A stretch of 64,000 nucleotides of DNA from Eledone cirrhosa (lineage: Eukaryota). The notes below the pieces were generated by a model. It was given only the letters and a program-made list of their open reading frames with translations. It made no database searches and was not told the DNA's origin. The DNA lies in contig OZ024744.1 of the NCBI GenBank assembly GCA_964016885.1, forward strand, positions 42,284,001 to 42,348,000, read 5' to 3'. Position 1 is the stretch's first letter. Every line of letters starts with the position of its first letter. Both the position numbers and the translations under genes were made by a program. Positions 17,091 through 29,335 of this stretch are shown piece after piece.

Positions 17091-17320
17091 ATTATTACTG
17101 TTATTTGTATTTTTTTCCTTTGATTTCACTTTATATGCAATGACTATTGAGTATCAACGAAATACTTAGAGCAGTCATCGTTAATTTTGAGAGTTTGTGA
17201 TTTTTTTTTTTCATTTATTGTTCCATCCTGACATTCACTTAACAAGTCACATCACACAAGTTAATAGGTAATACAAACAAATTATTAATATTATTATTAT
17301 TTTATTATTATCATTTTTAT

Positions 17321-17424
17321 ATTCTTTCATTATTGTTTCTGAGATATATACTGAGTGTCTTCCTAACACCTAGGGCAAATAAATTCATATTGTGCATTGG
17401 TAAGCCAGTTAATACAGCACATTG
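17321..17424 (-). repeat. ~105-bp interspersed repeat, copy 2
   Basis: Near-identical to 17744-17848. Confidence 0.8.
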
Positions 17425-17519
17425 ATTATAATAAAAAAAAAAATAAAAAAAACAGTATATATATATATACACATGTATATATGCATATGTAAATACAAGG
17501 AGAGATAGCAATCTTAGAG

Positions 17520-17710
17520 AGATACAAGTTTCAGCATACAGTCGTTAGTTGTTTCAAGGTATTTGGCCAGTCCAATGATGATGGTCTTCTAAACAAGTTC
17601 AAACTGGTTCAGGCCACGGCCTCCTTGAGTTCTAGGAAGGTAAAGACGATCCACATCTGCTTTTGGGTGGTGCATTACAGGTCAGTAGCTTACGGACTTT
17701 GGTGTCGATT
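17520..17710 (-). mobile_element. Internal R4-like RT-thumb fragment
   Basis: Minus strand encodes HPKADVDRLYLPRTQGGRGL. Confidence 0.7.
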
Positions 17711-17743
17711 CTTTTTATTTTATTATTATTATTACTATTTTTA

Positions 17744-17848
17744 TTTTCTTTCATTATTGTTTCTGAGATATATGCCGAGTGTCTTCCTGACACCTAGGGC
17801 AAATAAATTCACAGTGTGCATTGGTAAGCCAGTTAATACAGCACATTG
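17744..17848 (-). repeat. ~105-bp interspersed repeat, copy 3
   Basis: Flanked by TTA repeats. Confidence 0.8.
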
Positions 17849-17867
17849 ATTATTATTATTATTATTA

Positions 17868-20380
17868 TAGTTGCATTTATCTTGCTTTATGTTCATACGA
17901 GTTATCACCAAGTCACAACCAGTGACCTCAAGAGACAACAAGGTCCGCCATGTTCAAGAAAGAACATACACACGCACACATTCATCTTTAGGTGTTTAGA
18001 CTTGTGATGTACTTATATTGACAGAATCTTCGTTAGTATATGGGCAGTTCCCATTAGTACTATCTTTTGTATTTCTCCTATACGCGGGTTTCCTGGGATT
18101 TGCGATAAGTAATCATTAGACCCCTTAGGTATCATTCCTAGAGCGCCTACAACCACTGGAATTGTTTTAGTTCTCAATTTCCACATTTTTCAAATTTCTA
18201 TCTCCAGGTCCTTATACTTGCTCAATTTTTCAAATGTTTTTATAGATACATTCTTGTCTATTTGAATGGACATATCACTTAGCAGGCATACCCTCTTTTT
18301 AAAGTCCTTCAGTATTATATCAGGTCTAGTTGCATCTATTTTTCGGTCTGTTTGGATGCTAAAGTTCCACAAGATTGAGATGTGATCTTTTTCAAGTATG
18401 GGAGGTGGTTGATGCTCCCACCAATTCTTTTGATGGGGCAGGTCAAAATGCTTACACATTATCCAATGTATGTATTGTGCAGCTCTGTCATGCCTGTTTA
18501 GCTATTCGGTTGGAGCTATAAGGAGTGCACATTGAAATTATATGATCAATAGTCTCTGGTTGTTTTTTACATACACGGCATAATGGGTTGCATCCATTTT
18601 TTATTATGTTGGCTTGGTAATTTTTTGTTGGCAGACACTGATCTTGTGCTGATATAATCAGTCCTTCAGTCTCCGATTTCAGTCCAGAGGATGCCAACCA
18701 CTGATGGGTTAAAGTTTTGTCAACATCAGGATTATTAGCTCTTTCTGCGTATTTTCCATACAGAGGCTTTTCTTGCCATTTCTTAGCCAGTTTCTGTAGC
18801 AGTTCTTTCTTTGCAGTTACTTTTACCTGCTTTGCTTTTTCTGTGTTTTTCATTTCAGCAGTAAATGGGACTTCTGAAATTTGTAGTCCATTACTGTATC
18901 TTTGTGCATCTTTTGTAATGGAGTATGATCTTTTGATGCTTTCGTGTTTCAAAACGAGTTTGATCATCCAATCATGTGATTCCCTTAGATATGTAGATAA
19001 TCCAATTGTTGAAGTTTTCAACGCAATATCTAACTGGATTAACCCACGTCCTCCTTCTTTCCTAGGGAGATATATTCTATCTGTATCTGCCTTAGGGTGA
19101 TGCATTCTGTGCATTGTTAAGAATTTTCTAATTTTTGTATCGAGTCTACGGATCTCTGTGCTTGACCAGTTGATGACATTGTAACTGTAGGTTACTACTG
19201 GTATGGCAAGCGTGTTTATGGCATCAATCCTATTCCTTGCATTCAATTCCGTTCTTAAGATTGCTCTTACTCTGCGGTAACATTCCTTCCTTATCCTTTC
19301 CCTCATTGTCGAGCGGTTGATTCCGTCTCTTTCACAAACACCTAGATATTTGTAAGTTTCCTCTTGATCAAGTTCTCTTATCACATTCCGCCGATCAAGA
19401 TTAATGTCTGAACTTTTCAGCAGCTTTCCTCTGGTGAACGTTGCTTCGACGCATTTATCTAGTTTAAACTCCATTTTAATGTCATCACTGAACTGCTCCA
19501 CAGTGGATAATAGCCCTTGTTCATAATTTTTTGCAAATAGTTTCAGGTCATCCATGTAGAACAAGTGATTAATGGTTTTGTCATAGACTTTATATCCATG
19601 TTTTGTTTCATTGAGCATTTTACTTAATGGTATAAATGCGATGCAGAATAAAAGCGGTGATAAAGAGTTACCCTGAAAAATTCCACAATTAATATTAACT
19701 TCTCCAGCTTCCAGTGATTCCTTTTCATTATTCAAAAGGAGTGTCGTTTTCCCTGTCTTTATACTGAATGACAAGAACCTCCTGACAACGGGAGATATTT
19801 TGAAAATCTTTAAACATTTTTCAATCCAACTGTGTGGCAAACTATCAAATGCTTTTTTATAATCTATGCAAGCAATTGATAGATTTGTGTGTCTATTATG
19901 ACAATCTTCCAGTATCATTTTGTTAACCAAAAGCTGATCCTTACAGCCATATGAGCCTCGTTTACACCATTTCTGCTCATTGGGAAATAGGTCATTTGTT
20001 ATCAGGTGGTCATATGTATATTCAGTTAGGACTGATGTTAAAATGTTATACATTGTGGTCAAGCAAGTTATCGGTCTGTAATTTTTGGGATTGTTTGTCT
20101 CATCATTCTTCGGAAGCAGGAATGTAATGCCGTTAACTAGCCATGATGGTATATTTTCTGGCTCCTTAACTATTTCATTGTAAAGTTGGGCTAACAGCTC
20201 ATGAGACTCTGTGAAGGCAAAAATTTGGTATTTTGTCTTTTCCTGGGGATTTCCATTTGTTGGTTTTTCTAAGAGCCAAACGCAACTGTTCAACTATTAT
20301 ATTTTCCCATATTTGTTCCTCAAGGTGAGCTGTATCTTTCATTTGTCTGTCTATCCATGGGGCATGTATATTATGAACTT
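17868..20380 (-). mobile_element. R4/Dong-like RLE LINE, family C, longest copy
   Basis: 601-aa ORF 18488-20293 (NYRPITC, DYKKAFD, FQGNSLSP, FYMDD, CRVC) plus RLE ORF 18190-18459. Confidence 0.95.
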
Positions 20381-20615
<235 letters not shown>

Positions 20616-21571
20616 TTTAATGGCACCAGACTTCTAGTCTGAAAGGAAGAAATCTAATTGTTATAGAACTTTTCAATCGTGAGAAACCTCCTGATGCTTT
20701 GTTCAGTTTTAGCACGAAGAGTCTTGACTTTTTCTAATACAACTTCTTCAGATGCAAGACTTCATAAAAGTGCCAAAATTTTTCCAACAGTACTAAACAA
20801 AGGCATTGTTAATGTGGATTGTTATTGTTTTTGTTGGTGTTTTTGTTAGATTTTGTTTAGTAGATTGGGAGAGATGGGAGATTCTGTTTCATTTCTATGG
20901 CTCAAGATTTCTTCAATTCAAAATTTCTTTTCATGGATCAATGCCATACAGCGTTTCGGAAATAAAAGTACTCTCACACCACCTATCTCTCGATCGAAGT
21001 ACTATAATGTATATTCAAAAGAAATGGAAAAATCATCCAATATAAAGATCTGGAAAAAGAGATAACCAGTGTGGAGCATTGAAAACAAAAAGGCAGAAAA
21101 AAATTCCTTTAATAGTAGTTGACTTGGGAGTTACTGAAATGAAACAGCCAAATACACACACACACACGTGCACGTACACACACCCACACACACGTTGCGC
21201 AGACGCACACATACACACACACGGGCCTACGCACACACACACACATACACACACATATATATGGTTGGTGTTAGGAAAGGCATCCAGCGGTAAAAATCCC
21301 AGCCAAATTTACAGTTCCATCTGAGCAAGGTACAGCAAGGTACAGCCAATCTGGCCAAATATGTCTCATGACATGGACAACCTGTCTAACCCATGCAAGC
21401 ATAGAAAATGGAATTAAATGGTGATGATGATGATGATGATGATGATGTTCATGGTGATATATATATATATATCATATTTAAAATGGTGGAGAGAACGATG
21501 AAGATTTATGAATACATGTATATTTAATGGCTGATTAGCTTACCTGCTTTTTATTCTGTATATATATATAT

Positions 21572-22079
21572 ATGAAAAACAAGGGGAAGAAGAATACTGC
21601 ATGGTTGCACATGGATTACATATTATATAATTAGTCCCTCATCAGTGATTTTGCCAACCATCATTGGTATTTCATCGCATTAAAAATCATATAACTCAGG
21701 TTGGTTGGAAGCAATAACTAAAATAAGCTATTGGGACAAGTGAAACGCGTAAAGCGAGTGAGACAAGTAAACAACAGAAGGAAAAGCAAACCGAAGGTTG
21801 GAAAACATCAAGCCACATGGTAGTTATCCGATCAGCATAAACTGGGTGAATTTCATGAGCGGTCAGAGAAGCAGACCGTACGACGTGAGTGCGGTGTGAG
21901 AAAGAAGGAACCCCACTAGTAGCGAACGGGAGGAAGTGAGAAGGGGAGAAACAGAGAGTGAGTGAGTGGAAGAGGTCAGTCGAGAGAAAAAGTGTAACTG
22001 ACAGAGAGGGTGAAAGAAGGTAAGAGAAACAGAGAGAACGGTGGAGCAGTAAGAGAGAAAGAGAGAAACAGATAATCGC

Positions 22080-22080
<1 letters not shown>
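21572..22080 (-). mobile_element. TA-flanked non-coding element with structured 3' motif (putative PLE pseudo-LTR), X1
   Basis: Pyrimidine-rich body; hairpin + pseudoknot + CTGATGAGG motif shared with 25660-26275; (TA)n on both sides. Confidence 0.45.
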
Positions 22081-22136
<56 letters not shown>

Positions 22137-22148
22137 CATATACATATG

Positions 22149-22911
22149 AATTCAGCGAGAATCGCATTTCGGCGGATAGAAAAAGCGAGTTTTGCTGGAA
22201 AGCGCTCCATAGTTAAAAAACCAGAGCTAAACAATATGTTAAAACGCCATACAAATTGAAAAAGTAGTCAAGAAGGCATTAACCACCTAAGCCAAAAAAT
22301 ATATCAAGCTAAACAGGTCAAACAAAATAAATAATAAAAAAGACCTGGACCCATTGGAATCGATGGTAAAATCCAAATGCAGAGTTTCTATGACACCTAA
22401 ATCAATAATACTGTCTGCTTAAAAATATAAGTTTTGGTATAATGATCAAACAAGGAATATCACGTTATCAACAGGTATTTTGTGAATGACGTAGAGCTTT
22501 GTAAAAGCACATGTGTAACTCACAAGGGGAAAATCCCCAAATTTTGGCAAATGAATTCAGTATGTGTAAATCATGCAAAATATTGCATAAATAGCACAAA
22601 TCGAATAAGCACTCAACCGAGTAGTTTTTAAAATAAACTTATGCAATTAAGCTGTCAATAGAATTATTAACAGGTTAATTGTAAGACTCGGGAGATTAAT
22701 ACAAATATAAATTCAGCGAGAATCGCATTTCGGCGGGTAGAAAAAGCAAAACGAACCGCAAAAGCAGAGTTATGTTGGCAAGCGCTCAATAGTTAAAAAA
22801 AACAGTGCTAAACAATATGTTAAAACGCCATACAAACTGAAAAAGTGGTCAAGAAGGCATTAACCACCTAAGCCAAAAAACAAATCAAGCTAAACAGGTC
22901 AAACAAAATAA
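22149..22911. repeat. ~180-200 bp direct repeats (22149-22330, 22710-22911) around a ~380 bp spacer
   Basis: Both start AATTCAGCGAGAATCGCATTTCGGCGG and end AAACAGGTCAAACAAAATAA. Confidence 0.85.
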
Positions 22912-24709
22912 TATATATATATGTAGTATGTATATGTATGCCTGTATGTTTGTGTGTGCGTGTAGTCAAGAAGGTGTGTATGTATATATATTATGTATTT
23001 GTATCTGAATATATGTATGTATGTATGATGACCCCTTAGTCTTTGTCAAGGCAGAATTCTAGGAGAAGGAAAACGCTGATATAACACCTGCAACCCTGAT
23101 GGTATCCAATGATGTTGACTTGTTCTTCTTTTTGGTAAATATCATCTTGGTTAAGAGAGTGGGACTGGTTTTGTGCAGTGCCTTTGCTCACTATAAAAGC
23201 TTCACGGCACAGGCATTGCTTTATATCTGGAGATCTCTCTGCACTTGTTATCACAGGGTAAAATGGGCCCAGCACCATGTGTCAGTAATTGTCACAAGTG
23301 TAGTGTTTGTACCAGAGTTTTCAAGTCGCTGGTTGGACTAAAAAGTCACACTCGTTCAGCGCATTTGTAGGGGTTCTCCTACATGGATATAAAGTAGTGG
23401 CCGTACTCGAAAACGAGTTGGCAGCCACCATGTATATATAGACGCAATATATGTGTCATTAGGATGAGAGATGAATGAATCGAGAGTGTTTTAGTAGAGG
23501 TATCATGTGCACAGCCCCTTATGAAGAACAGAGGTCACTGTAGTGGTTGATTAGTGGCAGAGAGAGGTGGGAGAGAAGAGATGCTCATTGGTAAACCAGA
23601 GACAGAAGTGCATTAGTGGAGGACTTCATGTTAATCATCAAGTGATCTTTCTTTGGATATTTATCTAAGATGTGTGTGTGTGTGTTTAGGAGTAATACTC
23701 CATTGTGGGTTTATAGGTTTCCCTGGGACTTTGTAGGGAGTTAAATGTTGCTGGGGACTGAAATATTTTGTCACCATCAAGAGGAATAATATTGAGATTT
23801 ACTGTCTGCTAATGTTAAGAATGTATACATTACTTTATATTTACTATTGTATTTTCACGGTAAAGGCTTTATCTAATATAATATCGAATCTAGGGGATTT
23901 TGATGTTATTTATTTTGAGAACAATACCTTAACATCAGTATGAGTCGCTGGTTACAGCCAGTTTAAATGCTAAAGGGTTAACTTGGGAGAGTCCCAGTGA
24001 AGGTGAGGTCTAGCATTTGAAGAAATCATGAAGCAATCATTATAGTTGAATGCTGTTTATATTTATCTAGGATTCAGTGCAATAATGTTTTTTTTTATAT
24101 GTTCAGTGATTGTGTCTTTTTGTTAAAGAAGACTCCGGCAATCCCATTGGAGGATATTTTTGCTGTCTTTATTCTTGGAGTCAGTTCAGATTTAATGTGA
24201 TCTTCCTTAGTCACATATGGCTGACATTTGTATATAAAAGGTTAAAGAGGAATGAATTTTTTGTTGCAAGTCTTTGTTGTATAAGAGAAAAAGTATGAGA
24301 GACAAAATCTGAATCATAGAGCACACCAGATGTTATAGAATGAAAGAGAACTCTGTCACAATATATTGCAATAATGTGATCTGACAGGAAACAACTGACA
24401 AATCATCACCATTTAATGTCTATTTTCTATCGTTGCATGGGTTAGAGGGGCTGTCATGTTATAAGGCCAAACAGGTTAGGTGACCACTTCTCGCTCATAT
24501 GATTCATTTTATGGCTTGGTTTTTTATGGCTTGGTTTTCTATAACTGGATGCCCCTTCCTTGCACCACACCAACCATATTATGTGTACTGGGAGGTTTTT
24601 TCCTGAAACCATAATGACCACTTTACTGGCTATATTTTGTTGTAGCACCAGTATGACCACCATACAGGGTGCTCTCTGAAACAATTGCATATATATATAT
24701 ATCATCATC

Positions 24710-25640
24710 ATCATCACCGTTTTACATCTGTTCTTCCATGCTATCATGGGTTAGACGGCTTGTCCTGTTGTGGGCAGTGTCCAGTCGGCTGACCTTGTCT
24801 TGCTCATACTGGAACTGATTCTGGCTTGATTTCTACAGCTGGATTTCTACCAACCTCGTTTACAGTGAGTGCTGGGTGCTTTTTTACCGTGGCGCCTACA
24901 CGACTACTTTGCAGTGGTCATATTGTCTATATGTTTCAGCTTCGGCTTTTACCCATGGGAAGTCGGGTCTTCTGTATTACTTCTATATATCCCTCAGTTC
25001 ATTTACGCTGCCGTTTGTATATATTATTATTACACATCCATTGGAGCGTGCAGGCTTCATTCCTTTCCAATCTTCACAAGTCCTCTGCACACAATGCCCA
25101 GGTCTCACTACCATGTAACATTGCTGTTCGTATACAAACATCATGCAATCTGCCTTTCATTTTAAGGGGAACCTTTTGTAGCTAACATCAGTAGTAGCTC
25201 TCTTCTTTCTCCATACCGTGCTTACTCTGGCTACTGTACTTTCAGAACATCTTCCTCCACTGCTGATTTCATCACCCAGGTAACAGAAAGTGTCTACTAT
25301 TTCTATAGAACCATCTGGTCATTTGAAGGAGCTCGTATCCTGTGAACACTTGCTATTCGCTGCACCTGAGCATAGGCCACAAATTTAACCTAGACTCTTT
25401 GATAGCCTGTCTATGACCCCGCTACATCTTACATGTACCCATAGCTTGCAATTGAGACATAGAATGGAATTACTACCTATTCATTTCCTACTTACTAAGC
25501 ATCAATGAAGTACATGGTACTTTTACTGGCACAAATCCAAACTATATTTCATCAAGGTTAATTAGGTCCCTAATCAACTGTGCGATAATTCTTTCTGTGA
25601 CCTTCATGACCTGGTCAACCAACTTAATGCCTCCATAGCT
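24710..25640 (-). mobile_element. RTE LINE fragment plus SINE/RTE-type tail
   Basis: Reverse complement resembles 52.4-53.5 kb (MLHGSETWALCAED); GGCGCC..AAAAAGCACCCAGCACTCAC tail. Confidence 0.75.
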
Positions 25641-25659
25641 TTCTCTCTCTATATATATA

Positions 25660-26275
25660 CTTATATGGAGAATAGAAATGGTTGTGTAGTTGCTATTTAA
25701 GGTAACTTAAAATGCAGTGGGAATACGAAGAAAGCAAGAAGGGAATGGGGGAGTTTTCCTCATCAGTTGTCTACTGGGGGTCTCGGATATTTCTACACTT
25801 TAAAGACAATATCTCGCCCCAGTGCGTCAATAACTGGATAAGTTATTGAGAAAACAGAGGATGGAGGGAAGGAAAGCAAAAGGGAAGAAAAGAGAAAACA
25901 GTAACAAAACAGCAAAAGACAACAACAAACCGAGCAATGTGCGAGCAGCTATAGGTAGGAGATCCAAGACCTCTCGATAAGAGAACCTAAGTTCGAGACT
26001 GAGTGGTCGAGAGGAACAAGACACGTCTGATGGCCGCAGTTGTAAGTGAGAGGGGTACTGCTAAACAGTCAGGCGAGGGGGTGAAAGTGAGAGGGAGAAA
26101 GTGGGGGTAAGAGTAGATAGGGAGATTTAGGGTTAATAAATACAAAGACCAAAGAGGACTCAATAAGGATTGTATATATATATATAAAACCATAGAGAAA
26201 ATATTTATTATTAGCACAGATTAAAATTTCAGATGATCCTGCTTAGGGTGAAAGTAGATGATTTTGCTTAAACTT
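25660..26275 (-). mobile_element. TA-adjacent non-coding element with structured 3' motif (putative PLE pseudo-LTR), X2
   Basis: Same hairpin/pseudoknot/CTGATGAGG layout as X1; 26148-26229 is the reverse complement of 29822-29906. Confidence 0.45.
26225..26275 (+). ncRNA. Hammerhead-like motif with variant core CAGAUGA
   Basis: AATTT-CAGATGA-TCC..GGG-T-GAAA-GTAGA..TTTGC-TT-AAACT; homologous copy at 29776-29826. Confidence 0.4.
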
Positions 26276-26295
26276 GTTGTAATCCATACTAATAA

Positions 26296-26485
26296 TTGTT
26301 TCTACTTTTGGCACAAGGCCAGCAACTACCCAGTGTATTACTGGTACTTTATTTTATCGACCCCGTAAGGATGAAAGGCAAAGTTAACCTTGGCGGGACT
26401 TGAACTCAGAATGGCAAGGGCAGTAACTCTATGCGCCAAAGCATGGCGTCTGACCCTCCACCGATACTGCCAACCCCCCGCCTTT
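26296..26485 (-). mobile_element. Nin/Deu-like SINE
   Basis: Reverse complement of the 3211 family; TSD GTAATCCATACTAATAAT. Confidence 0.85.
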
Positions 26486-27179
26486 AGTAATCCATACTAA
26501 TAATGTGTGTGTGTGTGTAGCAATATCCATAGGTGTGAGAAAAGAAAAAGGAAAAAATGCTCAGTTGGGAAGAGACCAGAAATATTAAACTATTTATTCA
26601 TGTCCATATACAGAACAAAAATGCTACCCAAGGTTTCAAGACCCAATATTCACCATATCTCCAGAATTCAAGACTTTATGATAAACTCATATAAGTGGTC
26701 TGAAGATCACAATTTTGATCCCTCTTGATTTTTGGAAGTGTGATCGATATTGGGCATTGAAATTTGGGCAGCATTCTAGTTCTGTGTATATATATATATA
26801 GTGCTCATTTTGATGGCTCTTCTGCAGGACAAAACTGCATTCTTTATATTTGTCTCAGAGACAGCTGATCCATCATCCACTGTCCCTCCCTGTGGCTCTA
26901 AGCCAGCAGAGTCATAATAACCAGACTGCTCCTTGCCAGTGTAGTTAGGGGCTCTAAACCTAGTGTTGTTAGATAGACTATCAAAGAAAGTATGATAAGA
27001 AACCAGGTGGACCATAATGCACCAGAGTACTCGATACTTAGGGTAATAGTAGGTAATAGGAAAGGAGTCAGGACCTAGACGCATGAGCTCTTAGTTCCGA
27101 TCTAGCTGTTGAAGCAACCCGAGCTCAGCTGTCAGGGTCCTGATTCTTTTCCTATATATATATATATATACATATATAT

Positions 27180-27520
27180 GGAGGCACATAGCTTAGTGGT
27201 TAAAGCATTGTCCTTGCAATTGAAAGGTTGTGAGTTCAATTCTCAGACCGGGTGATGTGTTGTTTCCTTGAGCAAGACACTTTATTTCACATTGCTCCAG
27301 TTTACTCGGCTGTAGAAATGATATGATAGGGACTGGGGTCCATATCACTCCCCTGCAAAGTGGTCGTGGAGGTGCCACGGCAAAAAAGCACCCAGCACTC
27401 ACTGTAAATGAGGTTGGTGTTAGGAAGGGCATCCAGCTGTAGAAATCAAGCCAGAATCAGTTCTCGTCCCACACTTGCAAGCAGGGAAAAGCAGACATAA
27501 AATTAGGATGATGATGATGA
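27180..27520 (+). mobile_element. tRNA-derived SINE with RTE-type tail ending in (GAT)n
   Basis: A/B boxes, CCTTGAGCAAGACAC core, tail CTTGCAAGCAGGGAAAAGC matching the RTE 3' end near 38230. Confidence 0.85.
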
Positions 27521-27639
27521 TGATATATATTGTAAACAAACTGAATATTAATAATATTATATTATATATATATGGGTTAAATAATTATCTTATTCAAGTG
27601 GCGCCAGTAAGGTATTGTCAGCCATTAAAAAGAAATATG

Positions 27640-29335
27640 GAGAGTCTATCTAACAGCACTAGGGTTAGAGCCCCTAACTACACTGTCAAGGAGCAGTCTG
27701 GTTGTTATCACTCTGCTGGCTTAGAGCCACAGGGAGGGCCAGTGGATGATGGATCAGCTGCCTCTGAGACAAATATAAAGAATGCAGTTTTGTCCTGCAG
27801 AAGAGCCATCAAAATGGGCACTTTGAATGTGAGGACTATTCGGACGCTGGAGAAGAGGGAGGAGTTGGGTCATCTGTTCGAGGAGAGTGGTATACAGATA
27901 CTTGCGATCCAAGAACACAGGATCCTACATGATGAGCCTGAGGAGTGTGATGATTAGGAAGAGGAGCCAGCTCATCACCACATCGGCAGTGAGGAACATG
28001 ACCAATGCTGCAGTGGGATGAGTGGGTTTTGTTTTCAACACAAAAACCAGTTTATTGGTGAGGGAAATAATACCTGTCTCCCTGCGAGTGTTGAGGGTGA
28101 CCTTCAATGGAAACCCAAGACTGACAGTCATCTCAGCCTATAGTCCAACCGAGGGAGACAGTGATGTAAGTGCGGAAGAGTTCCATGAGGAGGTGTGTAG
28201 AGCTATCAACACCACACAAGCTCACAACATCCTGCTTTTTCTGGGGGACTTCAATGCACATCTGAGTAAGGAGAGCAGTGAAGATCCTTGCTGGTACTTC
28301 CATAACACCAACCGAAATGGAAGACTACTGAGAGACACCCTGTTGGAGGTGAACTTGATGGCAACCAACCTAAGGTTTAGGAAGAATCCGAAGAAGATGT
28401 GGACCTACATCTTATATATGCACATGTTCAAGTCCCAGATTGATTTCATTCTGGTGAGGAAAAAGTGGCGGAATAGTGTTCTGAACACAGAACTATACAA
28501 CTATTTCAGTACACTGGGCAGTGACCACCAGCTTGTTATGAGTGAGGTTCGTGTGAGCTTAAAGAGCAAGGCTCAGTCCCGGAGAGCAATCTATGACTGG
28601 GGAGCTTTCAAGGAGGATGATGAGCTACAGGAGAGGTTCACAGTGGAAGTAAGGAACAGGTTCAGTGCTCTGTGTGGAGAAGCAGAGGAGAGAGAGATTG
28701 AAGGGACTGAGCAGAGTGTGACGAGGAGGTACAGGTACTTCATCAATGCAGTGCCGGAAGCAAGTGAGACCCTGGTGCCAAGGAGAAAGAACAAAAGAAA
28801 GCACATCAGCTCTGCAGACCCAAAAGTGTGAGCAGCCAGAGAACACCTGAAAGCTGCCAAGGACCAATTCTATGCTGATCCTACGGAGGAGAGGAAGGAG
28901 AATGTGGAGGTGATGAGGGAAGAACTCTGTACCGCTTACACTGAGGCCAGAGAGGAGGCACTGATAGAGAAGATCAGAAGTGTGGAGAGAGCGGTTGGCA
29001 GGTCTGGATGTAAGGAGAGCTGGATGATCATCAACGAGATCACAGAGAGGAAGAGAAGGTGTTCGAGTCAGATCCAGAGAACAGGGCCCGAGGATAGGAA
29101 GGCGAAATGGCTAGACCATTTTAGGACCCTACTAGGAGAGCCGCCCTCCACAGCCCAGAACACTGGGGAGATCAGGCGGCTGTTTAAAGAACTGGATATT
29201 GAGACAGAGCCCTTTACCAGAGAGGAGCTTCAGAGAGCCAAGAAGAAGATCAAGGAGGGAAAGGCTCATGGAGAAGATGGAGTGGCATCAGGGGCGATGA
29301 AGAGGTGTGATTTTGATGATATCATCCTGGAGTTC
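27640..29335 (+). mobile_element. RTE-clade LINE 5' part with AP endonuclease, disrupted
   Basis: GTLNVRT, ILAIQEHR, ISAYSPT, LGDFNAH, SQIDFILVR, SDH; then GKAHGEDG pre-RT motif. Confidence 0.85.

Noticed and set aside
20640-21140. Possible host exon in unique sequence
   Set aside because: Short ORFs with no recognisable motif and no convincing splice pair.
23030-23100. RTE 5' UTR-like motif CTAGGAGAAGGAAAAC as a ribozyme
   Set aside because: No downstream ORF and no fold I could support.
27530-27612. LTR plus primer-binding site (TGTAAACAAAC..CA-AG-TGGCGCC; same start near 29953 and 30331)
   Set aside because: Too short and AT-rich; no polypurine tract, internal ORF or paired LTR.
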